Assembly: GCA_010356995.1 (NCBI GenBank)
Contig: ML996690.1
Span: 1,334,217 to 1,398,216, forward strand
DNA length: 64,000 nt
Reading direction: 5' to 3'
DNA from: Trichodelitschia bisporula
Taxonomy: Eukaryota
The translations under genes were made by a program, and so were the position numbers. Below the pieces are notes generated by a model that searched no databases, was not told the origin of the DNA, and saw nothing but the letters and a program-made list of their open reading frames with translations. Positions 1 through 12,051 of the stretch are shown here, piece by piece (positions within the stretch are counted from its first letter, which is position 1; each line of letters starts with the position of its first letter).

Positions 1-224
1 CGTACCTCCGATTACCCTTCCCCACCAAACATCCCGCCCCGATCGGCAAATAACGTCTAGACCGGTACTAGCCCCAGAGGACGCCTACCTGCACGCCCGC
101 CGATCGCGCGCTGCAGGGCGGCAAAGGGTCGTGCTCGTCATGTACTTCGGGCGTTCGTACCTGTTTCCCCGTCACCTAGATATATGAGTGCAGCGGCGCC
201 GCTTCTCCCATCATCAAACCCACA

Positions 225-491
225 ATGGACAACTCAAGCATGTCATCACGCTACACAATCATCAACGACCTCAGGGACCAGTCGCCCCCGTCACGATCCG
301 AATATGCGCGGTAAGTACTGAGCGTGAGGCAGTGTGTGATGGTAACTCACAAAGAGGCAAGTTTAATGCTGCAGCACACCAAGCAGCAGCTCGACGTCGC
401 GGCCAACTCGGCCCTTCGGAGGTCGTCAGGATCGCCCTCAAGCTTTTCCAGTTCCTCTTCCAACAGCTCTGTGAGCTCTACTGGCTCTTGA
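225..491 (+). CDS. Small Ser-rich hypothetical protein (71 aa, 2 exons: 225-310, 362-491)
   Basis: ATG in CACAATG context, GTAAGT donor at 311, TAAC branch and AG at 360-361. The spliced product MDNSSMSSRYTIINDLRDQSPPSRSEYARLMLQHTKQQLDVAANSALRRSSGSPSS...STGS* is open. Not in the ORF track. Confidence 0.6.
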
Positions 492-1109
492 TTGTGTTCG
501 AAGGCGTGGGGGTCAAGGTTTTTTTTTTGTTGTTTTACAAGCGATGGGCATGTATGGCAGGCGCAAGCACGGCATTTGAATTTTGGAACCAAGCAAAGAT
601 TACTTCTTAATCACAATTGAAGTGCGTTCCCAGTGAACTTGTTCCCGAGAGCCCGAATCAAGCACATGCCAGGCCCGGGATAGGCCATGTGAGTAAAAAT
701 TCTGAACTGTGAATCCCTGTCCAGAGCGCAAATCGCCAGTCTCGAGAAGGCCGTTAGTGGTGTGGCACTCTTGAGAAGCGATTCGGTCCCAGGGCAGACA
801 TCACGTCCGTCACGGCGGACGCTTTTCCGGAAAGGAAACTAGGTAGTCAGGGCTCACGGGAGAAGCCCTGGTGCCTTCCCGTGACTGCCGCATGGAGGCA
901 AGCCCTATTTCAATATAAAAGCTTATCAGTCCGATACATTGCAACTGAGATCGCACGATGAAACGGCAAAAGCTCAGACCACATGACGCCCGGTCTGACA
1001 TTCAATTCCTCCGTCAGAGGGCACGGCTGGAAACACTTGGAAATCGGATACGCATCACGGCACTTTAGCACCGGCAGTTGCAAAGAAAGACCAAGCCTCA
1101 ATTTATCGC

Positions 1110-2195
1110 TTAGCAGACGGTATCCAAAAACACGCTTTGCCCATACAAATTGTATGTATCCGCATTGTTCAGCGCCGACTTCTCCGCCAGCGCCTTGCAC
1201 TGCTGCGGGCCCTGTGCCTGATCACCCGTCGACGGCTTGTACAACAGTGATGAATGTGAGAGCTCATGCATGATAACGCCGGGCAAATTCATTCGCTCGC
1301 ACTTCTTGGCGTCATCCGGGTACTGCTTGATCGTCGGGCAGAACTCCGTCTTGCCGGTCGTAGGCTCCGTCCATGCTGCACCGATGGCATAGAAACCAGT
1401 GCACGTGGCCCGGCATGCGATCTTGATCGGGCCAGTTTCGCTCGTGAGTGTCTTGTAAATGGCTGCGTACCGGTCCGCCACCTTCTTGCGGTTCGCCTCG
1501 TTGTCGACCTTGAAGTAGGCTACAAAGGCGTCCTTGTGCTTCCCTGCGGCGGTTTCCTCTGAAGCCTTCTTTGCCATGGCCGCCGCAATGGGGATGCTGC
1601 GCTTGACCTTCGCATTCAGGACCTGGTCCTCGCATGCGCCGTAGATGAAATTCGATGCTGCCTCCGCGTTCGATGCTGCCTCCACGGTGATGCCGTCCAC
1701 GTGCCGCACCGGGATTTCGTCAGGCGCCGTGAAGGAAAGGACGTTGGTCTCGTAGACAGCGTCTCCCCTCTGATCTCCCAGGCGGAATGGAACAAGACCG
1801 CCGGCTTGCACCTCGTACTGCTCACTGGGTTGAAGCTCGTAGTGCGAAGCAATGTTGATCTCACGAGTGATGGAGACACCCGCTGGCAGCGATTCATATT
1901 CCTCTGGAGCGCCGACTGGCAGCCCCTCCGGATTGAGAAACTGCACGGGATCGCCGCCGATAGTGACGTACAGCTTACGGGCTAGCTGATCCGTTGACAG
2001 AGGGTTCTGCCATGTCGAGAAGAGGGCGGTCTCCCCCCGGTTGGTGATGACGGCGCGGACGTGGCCAGTGAGCTCAGAGTTCTGAAGTTCGATGTGCAGC
2101 GGCGAGGTCTCGATCTGCGAGCGGAAAGGCTCGGCAACCAGCTGAGCAGCAAGCCCGAAGGGCAGGGCGCCGAGAAGGATCTTGAACGAATGCAT
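1110..2195 (-). CDS. Secreted M35 (deuterolysin/neutral protease 2-like) zinc metalloprotease
   Basis: Signal-peptide-like N-terminus, long pro-region, HELSH (HEXXH) motif, downstream NADTY motif, Cys residues in the mature domain; intronless. Confidence 0.85.
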   Translation of the reverse strand: MHSFKILLGALPFGLAAQLVAEPFRSQIETSPLHIELQNSELTGHVRAVITNRGETALFSTWQNPLSTDQLARKLYVTIGGDPVQFLNPEGLPVGAPEEYESLPAGVSITREINIASHYELQPSEQYEVQAGGLVPFRLGDQRGDAVYETNVLSFTAPDEIPVRHVDGITVEAASNAEAASNFIYGACEDQVLNAKVKRSIPIAAAMAKKASEETAAGKHKDAFVAYFKVDNEANRKKVADRYAAIYKTLTSETGPIKIACRATCTGFYAIGAAWTEPTTGKTEFCPTIKQYPDDAKKCERMNLPGVIMHELSHSSLLYKPSTGDQAQGPQQCKALAEKSALNNADTYNLYGQSVFLDTVC

Positions 2196-3369
2196 ATCGT
2201 GTTTGGGGCTGCAAATATGAGAGAGGAAGGCGAACAGCCCCGTTTAAATCTGCAGTATCAGAGGCTAGGCCAATCCAGAGAAGTTCCATTTCGGACCATC
2301 ATCGGCCGGATAATAAAGAGATCGACGCTATCGCGTCGATTTCAGGTTCCCGCATCTTGAAGGTCGAGGTCCCATTCGTGGATGATTCTTATATGAAGGC
2401 TTCTCGCATATCGAGGGCATGGCCACAGACCACTGCATGTGATATTGCTTCGCGTAAAGCGATATTCCGTAGCCAAGAGGGCAGGAGCCTGGGTATCAGA
2501 TGCGAAACGGAACCAGCTGCCGACGGCATCACCATGCCATCATAGGCCAAGGGCAAGACCAACTCGTTTCTCCCAAAGATGATAGCGCAGATCGCTGATT
2601 AGCTTGCTGTCCAGTTGCGCGGCAAAGATGTCATCGAGAACAAAACTATATTGCTTGCATTGCAGTTTCGAGATCGGCCCAGCGGCCGTCCCGCAGCGGG
2701 TCCTGATAGCGGATGTAGAGCAGTCAGGAGTCCAACTTGAAGCCAGGAATACGGTAGTGCCTAGCTGAAGCGTCTGGAAGTGCTGTGCATATTGTCGCAA
2801 TGCTTATCGACTCCCTTGAAATCGCCGCAGTCTTCAAGAATCCATTCGACACGGAGGTGAGGGCTCGGATGTCGGAACTGTACGGTAGTTCCTGAGCTTG
2901 CATCTGGGCGTCGATTTGATGGATTAGACTTCGGCAGTCACCGACGTCCGGGCGGTCGAGTGAGGCAACTTTCTCGCCCCTCTCATGCTCAAGGCGTGGA
3001 ACCCCGTGCTACGATGCATGTCAGTGATATTGAGGGTTGCCAGGTGTAGACACTTTACGCTCATGGTTGCCCTTGGCACTGTGACGTGCTGTTGTGAGTA
3101 AGGACGCAAAGCGGCAAACTATCCATCACGCTGGCAAGAATCTGAAGGCAGACTATCAGAAAAAGACAAATGTATCGTGAGATGAACAAGATGGTGTTGT
3201 GCGAGTTCTCCAATGGCCACGCACAAGGATCGGCTAGCGGGCCGCTCAGTTCCACGTCTCAACTGCTGGATGACTGTTGTGCAGCCACCAACACGCACGC
3301 AGCCTCTTTTCCGCCGCCGCTACCCCACCATACCCCGCCAATCGTCACATCCACCCTGCGACAACAAAA

Positions 3370-4843
3370 ATGGCCGAGCAACTGGCCAACACCGAAGGCG
3401 AACCGCCAGCTATTGCCGCTCTCTCCATCGCCGAGACCGCAACACAGCCCGTGAGCCAGGCCGTTGAGCAGCACATTGACCCGTGGTCCGTCTCCGCTGG
3501 CACAGACGCCCAAGGACAGGCGCTTCAATTCGACTACGAAGCTATTTCAAAGTGCGTTTGCTGCGAAATGATTTGCAGTGTTGCTCATCCGTTGCAGGAA
3601 ATGGTCAACGAAGCTCGTGGACGACGCGCTCCTCGAGCGCTTCGAGAAGCTTACCGGCCGCAAACCTCACCGCTGGTTGCGCCGCGGCCTGTTCTTCTCC
3701 CATCGCGACTTCGACCTCATCCTTGACTGCTATGAGCGGGGCGACAAGTTCTTTCTCTATACCGGGCGCGGACCTTCCTCTGGTAGCCTGCACATCGGTC
3801 ACACCATTCCCTTCGAGTTCACAAAGTGGTTGCAGGACGTCTTCGACGTCCCATTAGTCATAATGCTGACGGACGACGAAAAGGCGCTGTTCAAGGACAA
3901 TCTGACCTTCGAAGAGACCATGGCCTTCTCCCGCAAGGAAGCAAAGGATATCATTGCCATGGGTTTCGACGTCAAGAAGACGTTTATCTACAGCGATCTC
4001 AAGTACGTGGGATACGGAGGGGGCCACATGCTCCTGAATGCCTGGGAGTTCTCGAAACTCCTACCCTTCAACCAAGTCCGCGGAGCGTTCGGGTTCAACG
4101 AGAGCACCAACATCGGCCGCATCTTCTTTCCGTCTCTGCAATGCGTGGCGGCCTTCGGCACGTCGTACCCGCACATCTGGGGCGACGACCCGCATTCGGA
4201 CTTCCGCTCTGCAGATACAGCCGCCATTCCGTGCCTCATCCCCTGCGCCATCGACCAAGATCCGTACTTCCGACTGGTGCGTGAGAACTGCAACCGGATG
4301 GGCAACCCATCACCCAAAGCCGCCCTCATCCACTCCAAATTCCTCACCGCGCTGCAAGGTCCTGGAGGCAAGATGTCCGCGTCGAACCCCAACAGCGCCA
4401 TATTCATGGACGATACCCCCAACCAGATCAAGAAGAAAATCAACTCTCACGCTTACAGTGGTGGACAGGAAACGGCGGAACTGCAGCGCGAGCTGGGTGG
4501 CAATCCGGACGTGGACGTGTCCTACCAGTATCTGACGTACTTCGAAGAGGACGACGAGAAACTGGCGGACATGTACGCGAAGTACAAATCGGGTGAATTG
4601 CTGACGGGAGAGTTGAAGAAGGAGTGCATCCGCGTCATGCAGGAGTACGTCACGGCTTTCCAGGCATCACGGGCGAAGGTCTCTGACGAGATTCTTGCGG
4701 ATTACATGACGCCGCGCAAACTCACCTGGAACGGAAATCCCAATCCCAATCTGGAACTCCAGAAGAAGCATGCGGCCGCTGCGACAAAGGCCAGGAAAGA
4801 GCTTGAGAAGGAAAGAAAGCGGACGGCAAAGCAGAAAAAATGA
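3370..4843 (+). CDS. WRS1: Tryptophanyl-tRNA synthetase, eukaryotic cytosolic type (intron ~3552-3597)
   Basis: LRRGLFFSHRD, YTGRGPSSGSLHIGH (HIGH), LIPCAIDQDPYFR, KMSAS motifs. Confidence 0.93.
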
Positions 4844-5046
4844 CCGTATTCAGCTTTAGCTTCTAGTGTAGCATTACACCTTAAGTTTCCAACTTGCTTC
4901 TCCTCCCCCTCGCTCTATTACTCCCCTCACTTATAGCACAATAGCAAAGCCTTGATGATGAGGCCCATCTCGCAGCTATTTGTGCTCCTTCAGGGGCCGT
5001 GACTATTCGCTATCTTCCACGCCGTGGGGTACTTATCCTCCCAGTC

Positions 5047-5886
5047 CTACGAATCCACGTCAGCGGAGTAGATCGCCCAAAAAAAAGAGTGTACCTTGCA
5101 GTCCAGACGGAATTTCCACTCGGAAGTCGTACAATCCCAGCCGTGCGGCATGGGTTCCACGTCCTCCTCCGGCTTCAGCTTCTCCTCTTTGCTAGCCTTC
5201 AAGGCTGCTGCGATGGTCCGTCGCCCATGGTGCTTCCCATCGATCACACCGTTCTTCCCGTCGTAGAGGCCATCATACAGAGGCTGTGAACGCATTAGCT
5301 GGGCACAATCGTAGGATGCGGGGTGGGTACATCTCTCAGCTGATCCAGAGGGTCCTTGTCCTTCTTCTCAGTCCACTCCTGCTCGAACTTCTTCCACGTT
5401 CCCTTCTTCTTCTTCTTCTTCTTCTTCTTGTTCCCCTCATTAGTATCCAGAACCGCATCAATCCCACGAGCTTCAAGCTTCTCCTTCTCATCGGCAGAAC
5501 CACCCTCATCAGAAACCGAGTTCAAAGGAATATACGAAAGCTGCGCCTTCTCCTTATCCTCGTGCTCCTGGCACTGTCTATTCGACAACGTCGGAGAGTC
5601 CAGGCAGTCATACGGGCGCTCCATGCCGCCGCTGATGTGGAGCGTGGCGGATTCAGTGGGTAGAGTGTAACCAAGAGGGCCCACGCGCGCATCTGGGGCT
5701 TCGTCGCGGAACCAGACGGTGCCGCCGGGGGCGGTGGTTCCTTTTCCGAAGTCTACTACGTTTTCGGCGTGCACAATGTCGCGCTTGATGGGGGCTGCGG
5801 TGGCTAGGCTGGCTAGGAGGATGGGCTGCGGGGTTAGTGGGGTCTGGGCGGGAGAGGCGAGGACTTACTGCTAGAATTAGAACCAT
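5047..5886 (-). CDS. Hypothetical secreted protein (3 exons) with poly-Lys tract
   Basis: MVLILA|PILLASLATAAPIKRD signal peptide plus KR site after splicing a GTAAGT..CTAAC..CAG intron; a second GTACCC..CTAAT..CAG intron joins ORFs 5295-5774 and 5047-5295. Confidence 0.6.
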
Positions 5887-6690
5887 TTTGACTGTGGTTG
5901 TTGACTTAGATTTCAAATGTTGGATGGGATGATGGAGATGAGGAGAGATTGGATGCAGTACTGGCATTTTAAAGCGAGTGCGTGGACCCTTTAAGCAATC
6001 GCTTTTCAACGCACGCGTAAGAGTTTAGATTTATCGGTCTGGTATAGTCATCCGAGCCGAAGTTTATTCTCTAGTGAACGAGACATCGTGGCCACCCTGA
6101 TTACGGTACGATAAATAGTTGATGCCGATGTACCGCACATCTTTGATGCTGACAGTCCAGGAAATGCTTGTAATTGGCCAGGGACGGCAGGGATATACGA
6201 CGACTTCCACCCACGACACCTTCTTTCCACCTACATTCCTCTCCGTTCCTCGCCAGAACCGAGAAGCAAGTTCATCGTTATCCTTTTACGTAGATGACAC
6301 TTAATGTGTCAATTGTCCGACCGCGTCATCCGCTTCGAGTGCTTCAATGAGGTTTGGGAGCCCTTGGATTTCAGCAACGGTCCGGTGCGTGCTTACGCCT
6401 GCATGGGTTCTTCATCGTCACGATCAGTACTAGCGTCGTGGCAAAGGTTGTTTAAGGGTACACTTACTGTGTAGTGGAAGTGAGGGGTTGTCCGGCTCCT
6501 GGCTTCACAGCAACAGAATCAAATCTTATCTGACTATTGTTAGATTGACACTGTACCGCCTCACAGGCCTGGATCATCCAGTGACTCCAGGGCCGTATGC
6601 CCACCACTGCCACGGTCATGGCATGATAGTGACGATGAAGAATCTTTGCATTGCAAAGCAGATGGCAGTGGGAGACGAAAACATATGCGA

Positions 6691-6785
6691 CATCGCTCAA
6701 ACTCAACTCTCAACATCGCTCAAAACTCAACTCTCAATATCGCTCAAAACTCAACTTACAATATCGCTCAAAACTAAACTCAACA
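6691..6785. repeat. Tandem repeat, ~24-bp unit x4 (YATCGCTCAAAACTCAACTYWCAA)
   Basis: Directly visible in the intergenic DNA. Confidence 0.9.
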
Positions 6786-7083
6786 CCATCAGTAAAGACT
6801 CATCAGTATCCAGTGCCTTTCAAAGAGTTACGGGTAGATTCTTCTCTGATGCTTCCTACAGAAGCTAAACCATGCCCAGCATCCGGTACAATGACCATCG
6901 CCGGTTCCTCGTCTGTAAGGGTCCTGCTGCGCGATGACTCGACTCTATTTTCGCGGATTCCACGTCACTTGGGTCCTGCTCCACGACTACTGAAGTAACC
7001 TTATATGTACCTGCCGGATTCCACTCGTTCTCAAGATGATTCTTGCACCGTCTTCCACCTCTCCAACCTCAAAAAGCGTCACA

Positions 7084-8448
7084 ATGAAAGCTCACCTCCT
7101 ATCCACGGCCCTCGCGGCCACCGCAACCTGCCTCTCTCCCACCCCCTCCGCAGTCCCCAGCCCAACCATAACCCAGCTCGCCAAACGTGACGTAACAACA
7201 ACCATAACCGGGCACAAAGGCATGATTCCCAGAACCGACTCCTTCCTCGGCACAGTCTGGATCTACACCCCCGCCCCCGAATTCCCGTACATCAAAGACA
7301 CAATCACCGACTTCGCAACCCTACGCAATGGCGAAACCTTCACGTGGAAAGAATACTACACGCATTGGACCACAATCGACAACATGCCCCATGAAATTGT
7401 CGAGCCGTCTCCTATCACCACCGAGCGAGACCACGGGCACACAACTATAATCAGTACTATCGGCTGGGATATGTGGGGCACGCGCTCCACCCACGAGCTC
7501 ACCGTCTGGATCTTCACGCCCTTCTCGCGTGTGTATCCGACCGCGACACTCACCCTGGGTATCGCGTCCGATGCGACGCCTTGGACCAGCTACTACGACG
7601 GCGAGAAATTCGACACCGTCATCATCGGGGAGCCGCTCACCGCGCAGCCCCTCCCTCCATACACCACGCCCTCCCGCGCCAGCATCCCAAGCGATTTCAC
7701 TAACACGCTCCCGACACTCACAATCACCGAGATCCTCCCGCCTGGCTGGCCCGCCTTCACAACCACCGAAGTTGGCCTCGAAACAGATATCATACACATC
7801 GGGCTTGCGGGCACCGGCACCGGGCCCTTCCACACCTTCATCCCGCCCACCGGGCTCCCGCCGACCAAGGAATGGGCCGCCCCGGTGCCGCAAACGACGG
7901 TCACGACAACGATCCCGTACGATCAGAAGGGGTGGACGTCTACGTCCGTCGGGTTGGAGACGGATACGGTGGTTGTGGGCGTGCCGGATCCGACGCCGCA
8001 TGCTTATCCCCCGGCGGCGGCGCTGCGGCCGACGGGGGAGGATATGTGGCGTGTGCCGTTGGTGACGACGACGATGACACTGTCGGTTGGTGAAGCGTCT
8101 TTTACCAGGACGCAGTGGGGGCTGGGGACGGATACGGTGATTGTGGGTGTGCCGGAGCCAACGGAGGCGGAGAAGCACCATAAGTCGAAGCACCACGAGA
8201 CGACGAAGGCAAAGAGGTCGACAAGCCCGACGTTGGAGGCGCGGGCTGTCAACATCACGAGTCAAGAGCCGAAGCCCAAGACGGCGGGGTTCATGCGTGA
8301 ACCTTCGACTTTTTCGCGGAGTACGCTTGCGCGCAGTATCGAGTGGTATTTATACGGCCCAGTGAGCCGTGCCGCGGAAACGGGAGGGTCCAAGGATGAA
8401 CTTTCCACAGTTGTGCAGAGTACACTTACCAAGAAAGTGGGGAGGTAG
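7084..8448 (+). CDS. Secreted Thr/Pro-rich adhesin/flocculin-like protein
   Basis: Signal peptide MKAHLLSTALAATATCL, KR site, repeated units ending VGLETDIIHIG / VGLETDTVVVGVP / WGLGTDTVIVGVP. Confidence 0.7.
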   Translation: MKAHLLSTALAATATCLSPTPSAVPSPTITQLAKRDVTTTITGHKGMIPRTDSFLGTVWIYTPAPEFPYIKDTITDFATLRNGETFTWKEYYTHWTTIDNMPHEIVEPSPITTERDHGHTTIISTIGWDMWGTRSTHELTVWIFTPFSRVYPTATLTLGIASDATPWTSYYDGEKFDTVIIGEPLTAQPLPPYTTPSRASIPSDFTNTLPTLTITEILPPGWPAFTTTEVGLETDIIHIGLAGTGTGPFHTFIPPTGLPPTKEWAAPVPQTTVTTTIPYDQKGWTSTSVGLETDTVVVGVPDPTPHAYPPAAALRPTGEDMWRVPLVTTTMTLSVGEASFTRTQWGLGTDTVIVGVPEPTEAEKHHKSKHHETTKAKRSTSPTLEARAVNITSQEPKPKTAGFMREPSTFSRSTLARSIEWYLYGPVSRAAETGGSKDELSTVVQSTLTKKVGR

Positions 8449-8920
8449 ATGAATGACCCAGCGAGGAGTCCTCCAGTTTGATTCTGCATGAGGGATGTCG
8501 AGTGGATGGCGGTTTTGTACGTTATTAACAGCGTGCTGGGGTAAAGTTGTTGGAGCGATGGGATAGATTGTTGAGTTTGGCTTTATGCTTTACGCCCCTG
8601 TGCGAGTGAAGTGCCTCATTTGTGCGTTCACGTGGAATCAGGGAGGGGGAATTGTATTTTAGAGCAGCGCAGCATAGGAACATCTTAGGCCGTCATCCAT
8701 TACCACATATGATTGAAAGAATTCTTCCTGATCTGAGCTCAGCAGCGATACAAATATTGTACACCCGCCACAACTCCGCTTCACAGCACCGTCAGCAGGC
8801 GGGCCGCCCAATTTCCATCCCCACGGGCCGTTGCGCGCCCTCGCCATCATCCCCAGATGCCATCACAGCCCACCCCTCCATCCCAAACGAACCACCCAAC
8901 ACCATCCCACACCCCCGCCC

Positions 8921-10319
8921 TCACTCCTCAACAGCAAGCACCATCTTCTCCCTCTCACTCCTCCTTCCAACCTCCCCCTTCCGCGAATGTCTCCTCTCAT
9001 TCTCCTCCCTCCTCCGAATCGCCCTAACCTCCTCCCCCTTAATCTCCGCCGCCTTCTTAATAGTCCTGGGGACATGCCTATGCCTCGCAATCCGCCTAAC
9101 CTCCGGCATATGCGCATATCTCTTCCTCAATCCATCCGCGTATTCCAGCGCCTGCCTTTGGGCAAACGTCTTTACGCCCTGGCGCGCACTCGCCCTCGCC
9201 CTCCACAGCCGTACACTCCCGTCATCGCTCCCGCTAACCACGTATGCGTTATCCGCCGACCAGGACGCGGAGAACACACGCTGCATGCGTCGCGTGTGGT
9301 ACACGTCACGGCTGTGCCCGTTCTCGCGGTTCCATAAACGGATCGTGCGGTCGTAGCTCGCGGTCACCAGTTCCGTGCCCGTCGGGCTCCACGCCACGTC
9401 CATGACGGCCGCGACATGGTCGCGCAGGACATTCAACGCGCGGCCCATGCGCCGCATGTCAAAGATGTATACGTTATGATCTTCGGACGCGGCGGCGAGG
9501 TTGAAGGCTTCCATTGGGTTCCAGGCGAGGGTGTTGGCGGCGAGGGTGAGCACTGTGCGGTGAAGCGGGGAATTTGTGCGCAGGTCGTAGAGCGTGATAC
9601 TCCTATCCGAGGCACAGGAGGCCAGGATGCTGGTTTCGGTTTGGTTGAGCGTGAGGTGGGAGATTGTGTCGACGGCGGTGGGCCACGCGATAGTCGTGCT
9701 CGGGGCGCTGCCGGGGCGGGTCGTGTCGTGGATGTGGATCGCGCTGTTAGCGGCGACGGCGAAGCTAGGGAGTGTGCGGTGGTGCGTGACGGATGTGTAT
9801 GCCGAGCGGCCCAGCCACGTCGCGATAGGCTTCGTGCCCGCGCCCTCCGCATACGGATCCCACATCTTGACCGTCCTATCCGCGGCACAAGACAGTAACT
9901 TCCGTTCCTGACTCCAGCACAGCCCCTTGACTATATTCTCATGCCCCTTCGCCTGCCACACTTCCCCGCGGGATGGCAAATCCCATACCTTGATAACGCC
10001 GTCGCCCGACGCGCTCGCGAGACGCTCCAAAGAGCCGGGGTCCAGCGCCATGCGGTACACGCCGTCTACGTGCCCGCGGCCTAGGTCGCCTAGCAAAGGG
10101 GCGGCAAACATGCGGTCCATTTTGGTGGCATTGAGGGCGCGGGTGTATTCGCGGGCGCGTTCGAAGGGGTGCAGGGCGGGGTCGAGGTTGCGTGGTTGGC
10201 GGGGGGCGGTGGAGCCGGGGGCGGCGATGGAGGAGGAGGGGCGGGTTAGGGCTTTGATTTTCTGGGGGTGTTATTTTTTGTATATACAGGCAAGCGAGAG
10301 GGCTGAGGGGGCATACCAT
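8921..10319 (-). CDS. SOF1: U3 snoRNP WD40 protein Sof1/DCAF13 (intron right after ATG)
   Basis: LHPFERAREYTRALNATKMDRMFAAP N-terminus, WD repeats, HSRDVYHTRRMQRVF, Sof1 C-terminal EVRRIARHRHVP. Confidence 0.95.
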
Positions 10320-10509
10320 TGTGACTGAGGTTGATGTGGAGATGTGGAGATGCGCGGCCGCGTGGTGGTTGACACGCTGCGGTCCAAAATTTCGAATGGG
10401 CGAAATCTTGGCGGAGGTGCACGGCGCGCGGGCGGGACGTCACATGCGAAGTCACCTTCAACCTCAAGTCGCGAGCTCCAGATTCATCGAACTCCACTAC
10501 TCCCCCACC

Positions 10510-11496
10510 ATGTCTCTCGCCGACTATCTCGCAAAGAAATACCTCACCGCCGACCCCCAACCAGAAAAGAAACCCAAAAAACGCAAACGTAAAGGCGGCA
10601 CCGCCACGGATGCCGGGCTCATCATCGCCGACGACGACGCAACAGGATGGGAGCCCAAGCCGGGCGACAACGAAGAAGACGATGACTCGCCGTACATGGT
10701 AGCCGGATCCTCGGCCGAGTTTCGCAAATCCAAGAAGTCGGGCTGGGTGCAAGTGGGGGCGCCGGCACCGTCGAATTCCGATCAAGCAGCCGCGGACGCG
10801 ATTATTGCGTCGGCGACGGCGGAGAACGAACAACGGCTGAGAGAGGCGGATGATGCGCCGGTCATTGAGGGGGCGGAGGGGATTGATATGGCTGCGGTGA
10901 ATGCCAGTGGGACGAGGGCGGGGTTGCAAACTGGTGCGCAGGTTGCGGCTGCGATGGCGAGGAGGAAGGCGGAGGAGAATAGGCGCATGCAGGAGGCGTA
11001 TGGGGAGGCGGCGGGCGCGACGCAGGAGACGATATACCGCGATGCGTCGGGGAGGATTATCAACGTTGCTATGAAGCGTGCGGAGGCGAGGAAGGCGGCT
11101 GAGGAAGAGGAGCGGAAGAAGAAAGAGCTGGAGGAAGCGGCCAAGGGCGATGCGCAGAAAGCGGCGCGCGAGACACGCAAGAAGCAGCTCGAGGACGCGA
11201 AGTACCTGACTGTGGCGCGGACGGCGGACGACGTGGCATTGAACGAGGAGCTCAAGGAGCAGGAGCGCTGGAATGACCCTGCTGCTCAGTTCATCACGAC
11301 CAAGAAGAAGAACAAGAGTGTGACCGGCAAGCCGCTGTATCAGGGTGGATACCCGCCCAACCGCTACGGCATCAGACCTGGACACCGATGGGACGGCGTG
11401 GATCGTGGGAATGGCTTTGAGTCGAAGTGGTTTGCGGCTAGGAACCAGCAGCAGAACCGCAAAGCGCTGGAATATGCGTGGGAGATGGACGAGTGA
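10510..11496 (+). CDS. BUD13: Pre-mRNA splicing factor Cwc26/Bud13 (RES complex)
   Basis: MSLADYLAKKYL start; ETIYRDASGR, RWNDPAAQF, PPNRYGIRPGHRWDGVDRGNGFE. Confidence 0.95.
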   Translation: MSLADYLAKKYLTADPQPEKKPKKRKRKGGTATDAGLIIADDDATGWEPKPGDNEEDDDSPYMVAGSSAEFRKSKKSGWVQVGAPAPSNSDQAAADAIIASATAENEQRLREADDAPVIEGAEGIDMAAVNASGTRAGLQTGAQVAAAMARRKAEENRRMQEAYGEAAGATQETIYRDASGRIINVAMKRAEARKAAEEEERKKKELEEAAKGDAQKAARETRKKQLEDAKYLTVARTADDVALNEELKEQERWNDPAAQFITTKKKNKSVTGKPLYQGGYPPNRYGIRPGHRWDGVDRGNGFESKWFAARNQQQNRKALEYAWEMDE

Positions 11497-12051
11497 TCAC
11501 GGCGGAAGCTGTTGGATCTGGTTTACCCTTTGTGGAGCCGGTTCTTTTCAGACCTCGCCATGCTTGCTTGGGGCACTCGACCAATGCTACGAAGCTCACC
11601 GCGCTGAGCGTGTCGTAATGACTAGGACGATATACCGTTCCCGGCCACCTGCTAGAAGAGCTACAGTGTGTTGTGGTAACATGCATGGCTGGTTTCCAGC
11701 GCCTTACCTGTAGCGAGGATGAAGCCGAATGCGGAGCTCTGTGGATGCCTAGCCCGAGTCGCGTATCTGGTAGAATTAGTACAGCAGTCAAGACAGCGAG
11801 ATGGAAATTAAACAAGGCCTTGCACAAATGGCCATGAACTTCGATCTGAAACCCTACCGTAGATCGAGATATACTGTCACGTGACCTACGCGTTTCACCT
11901 GCCACAACCCCGCCGCACCGCCACAAAAAGCCACCAAGCAAGGGTCCCCAGCCCGGCCTTCAACCTCCGCTCAACCTCCGCAACCACGCCCACCGCCCTC
12001 CTCCCTCGATTTCTCCACTTCCACCCCCTCACCTCCCAATCACCACAAATA

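Noticed and set aside
6691..6785. Repeat-encoded ORFs 6488-6868 / 6651-6998
   Set aside because: The open frames are explained by the 24-bp repeat; no coding features or homology.
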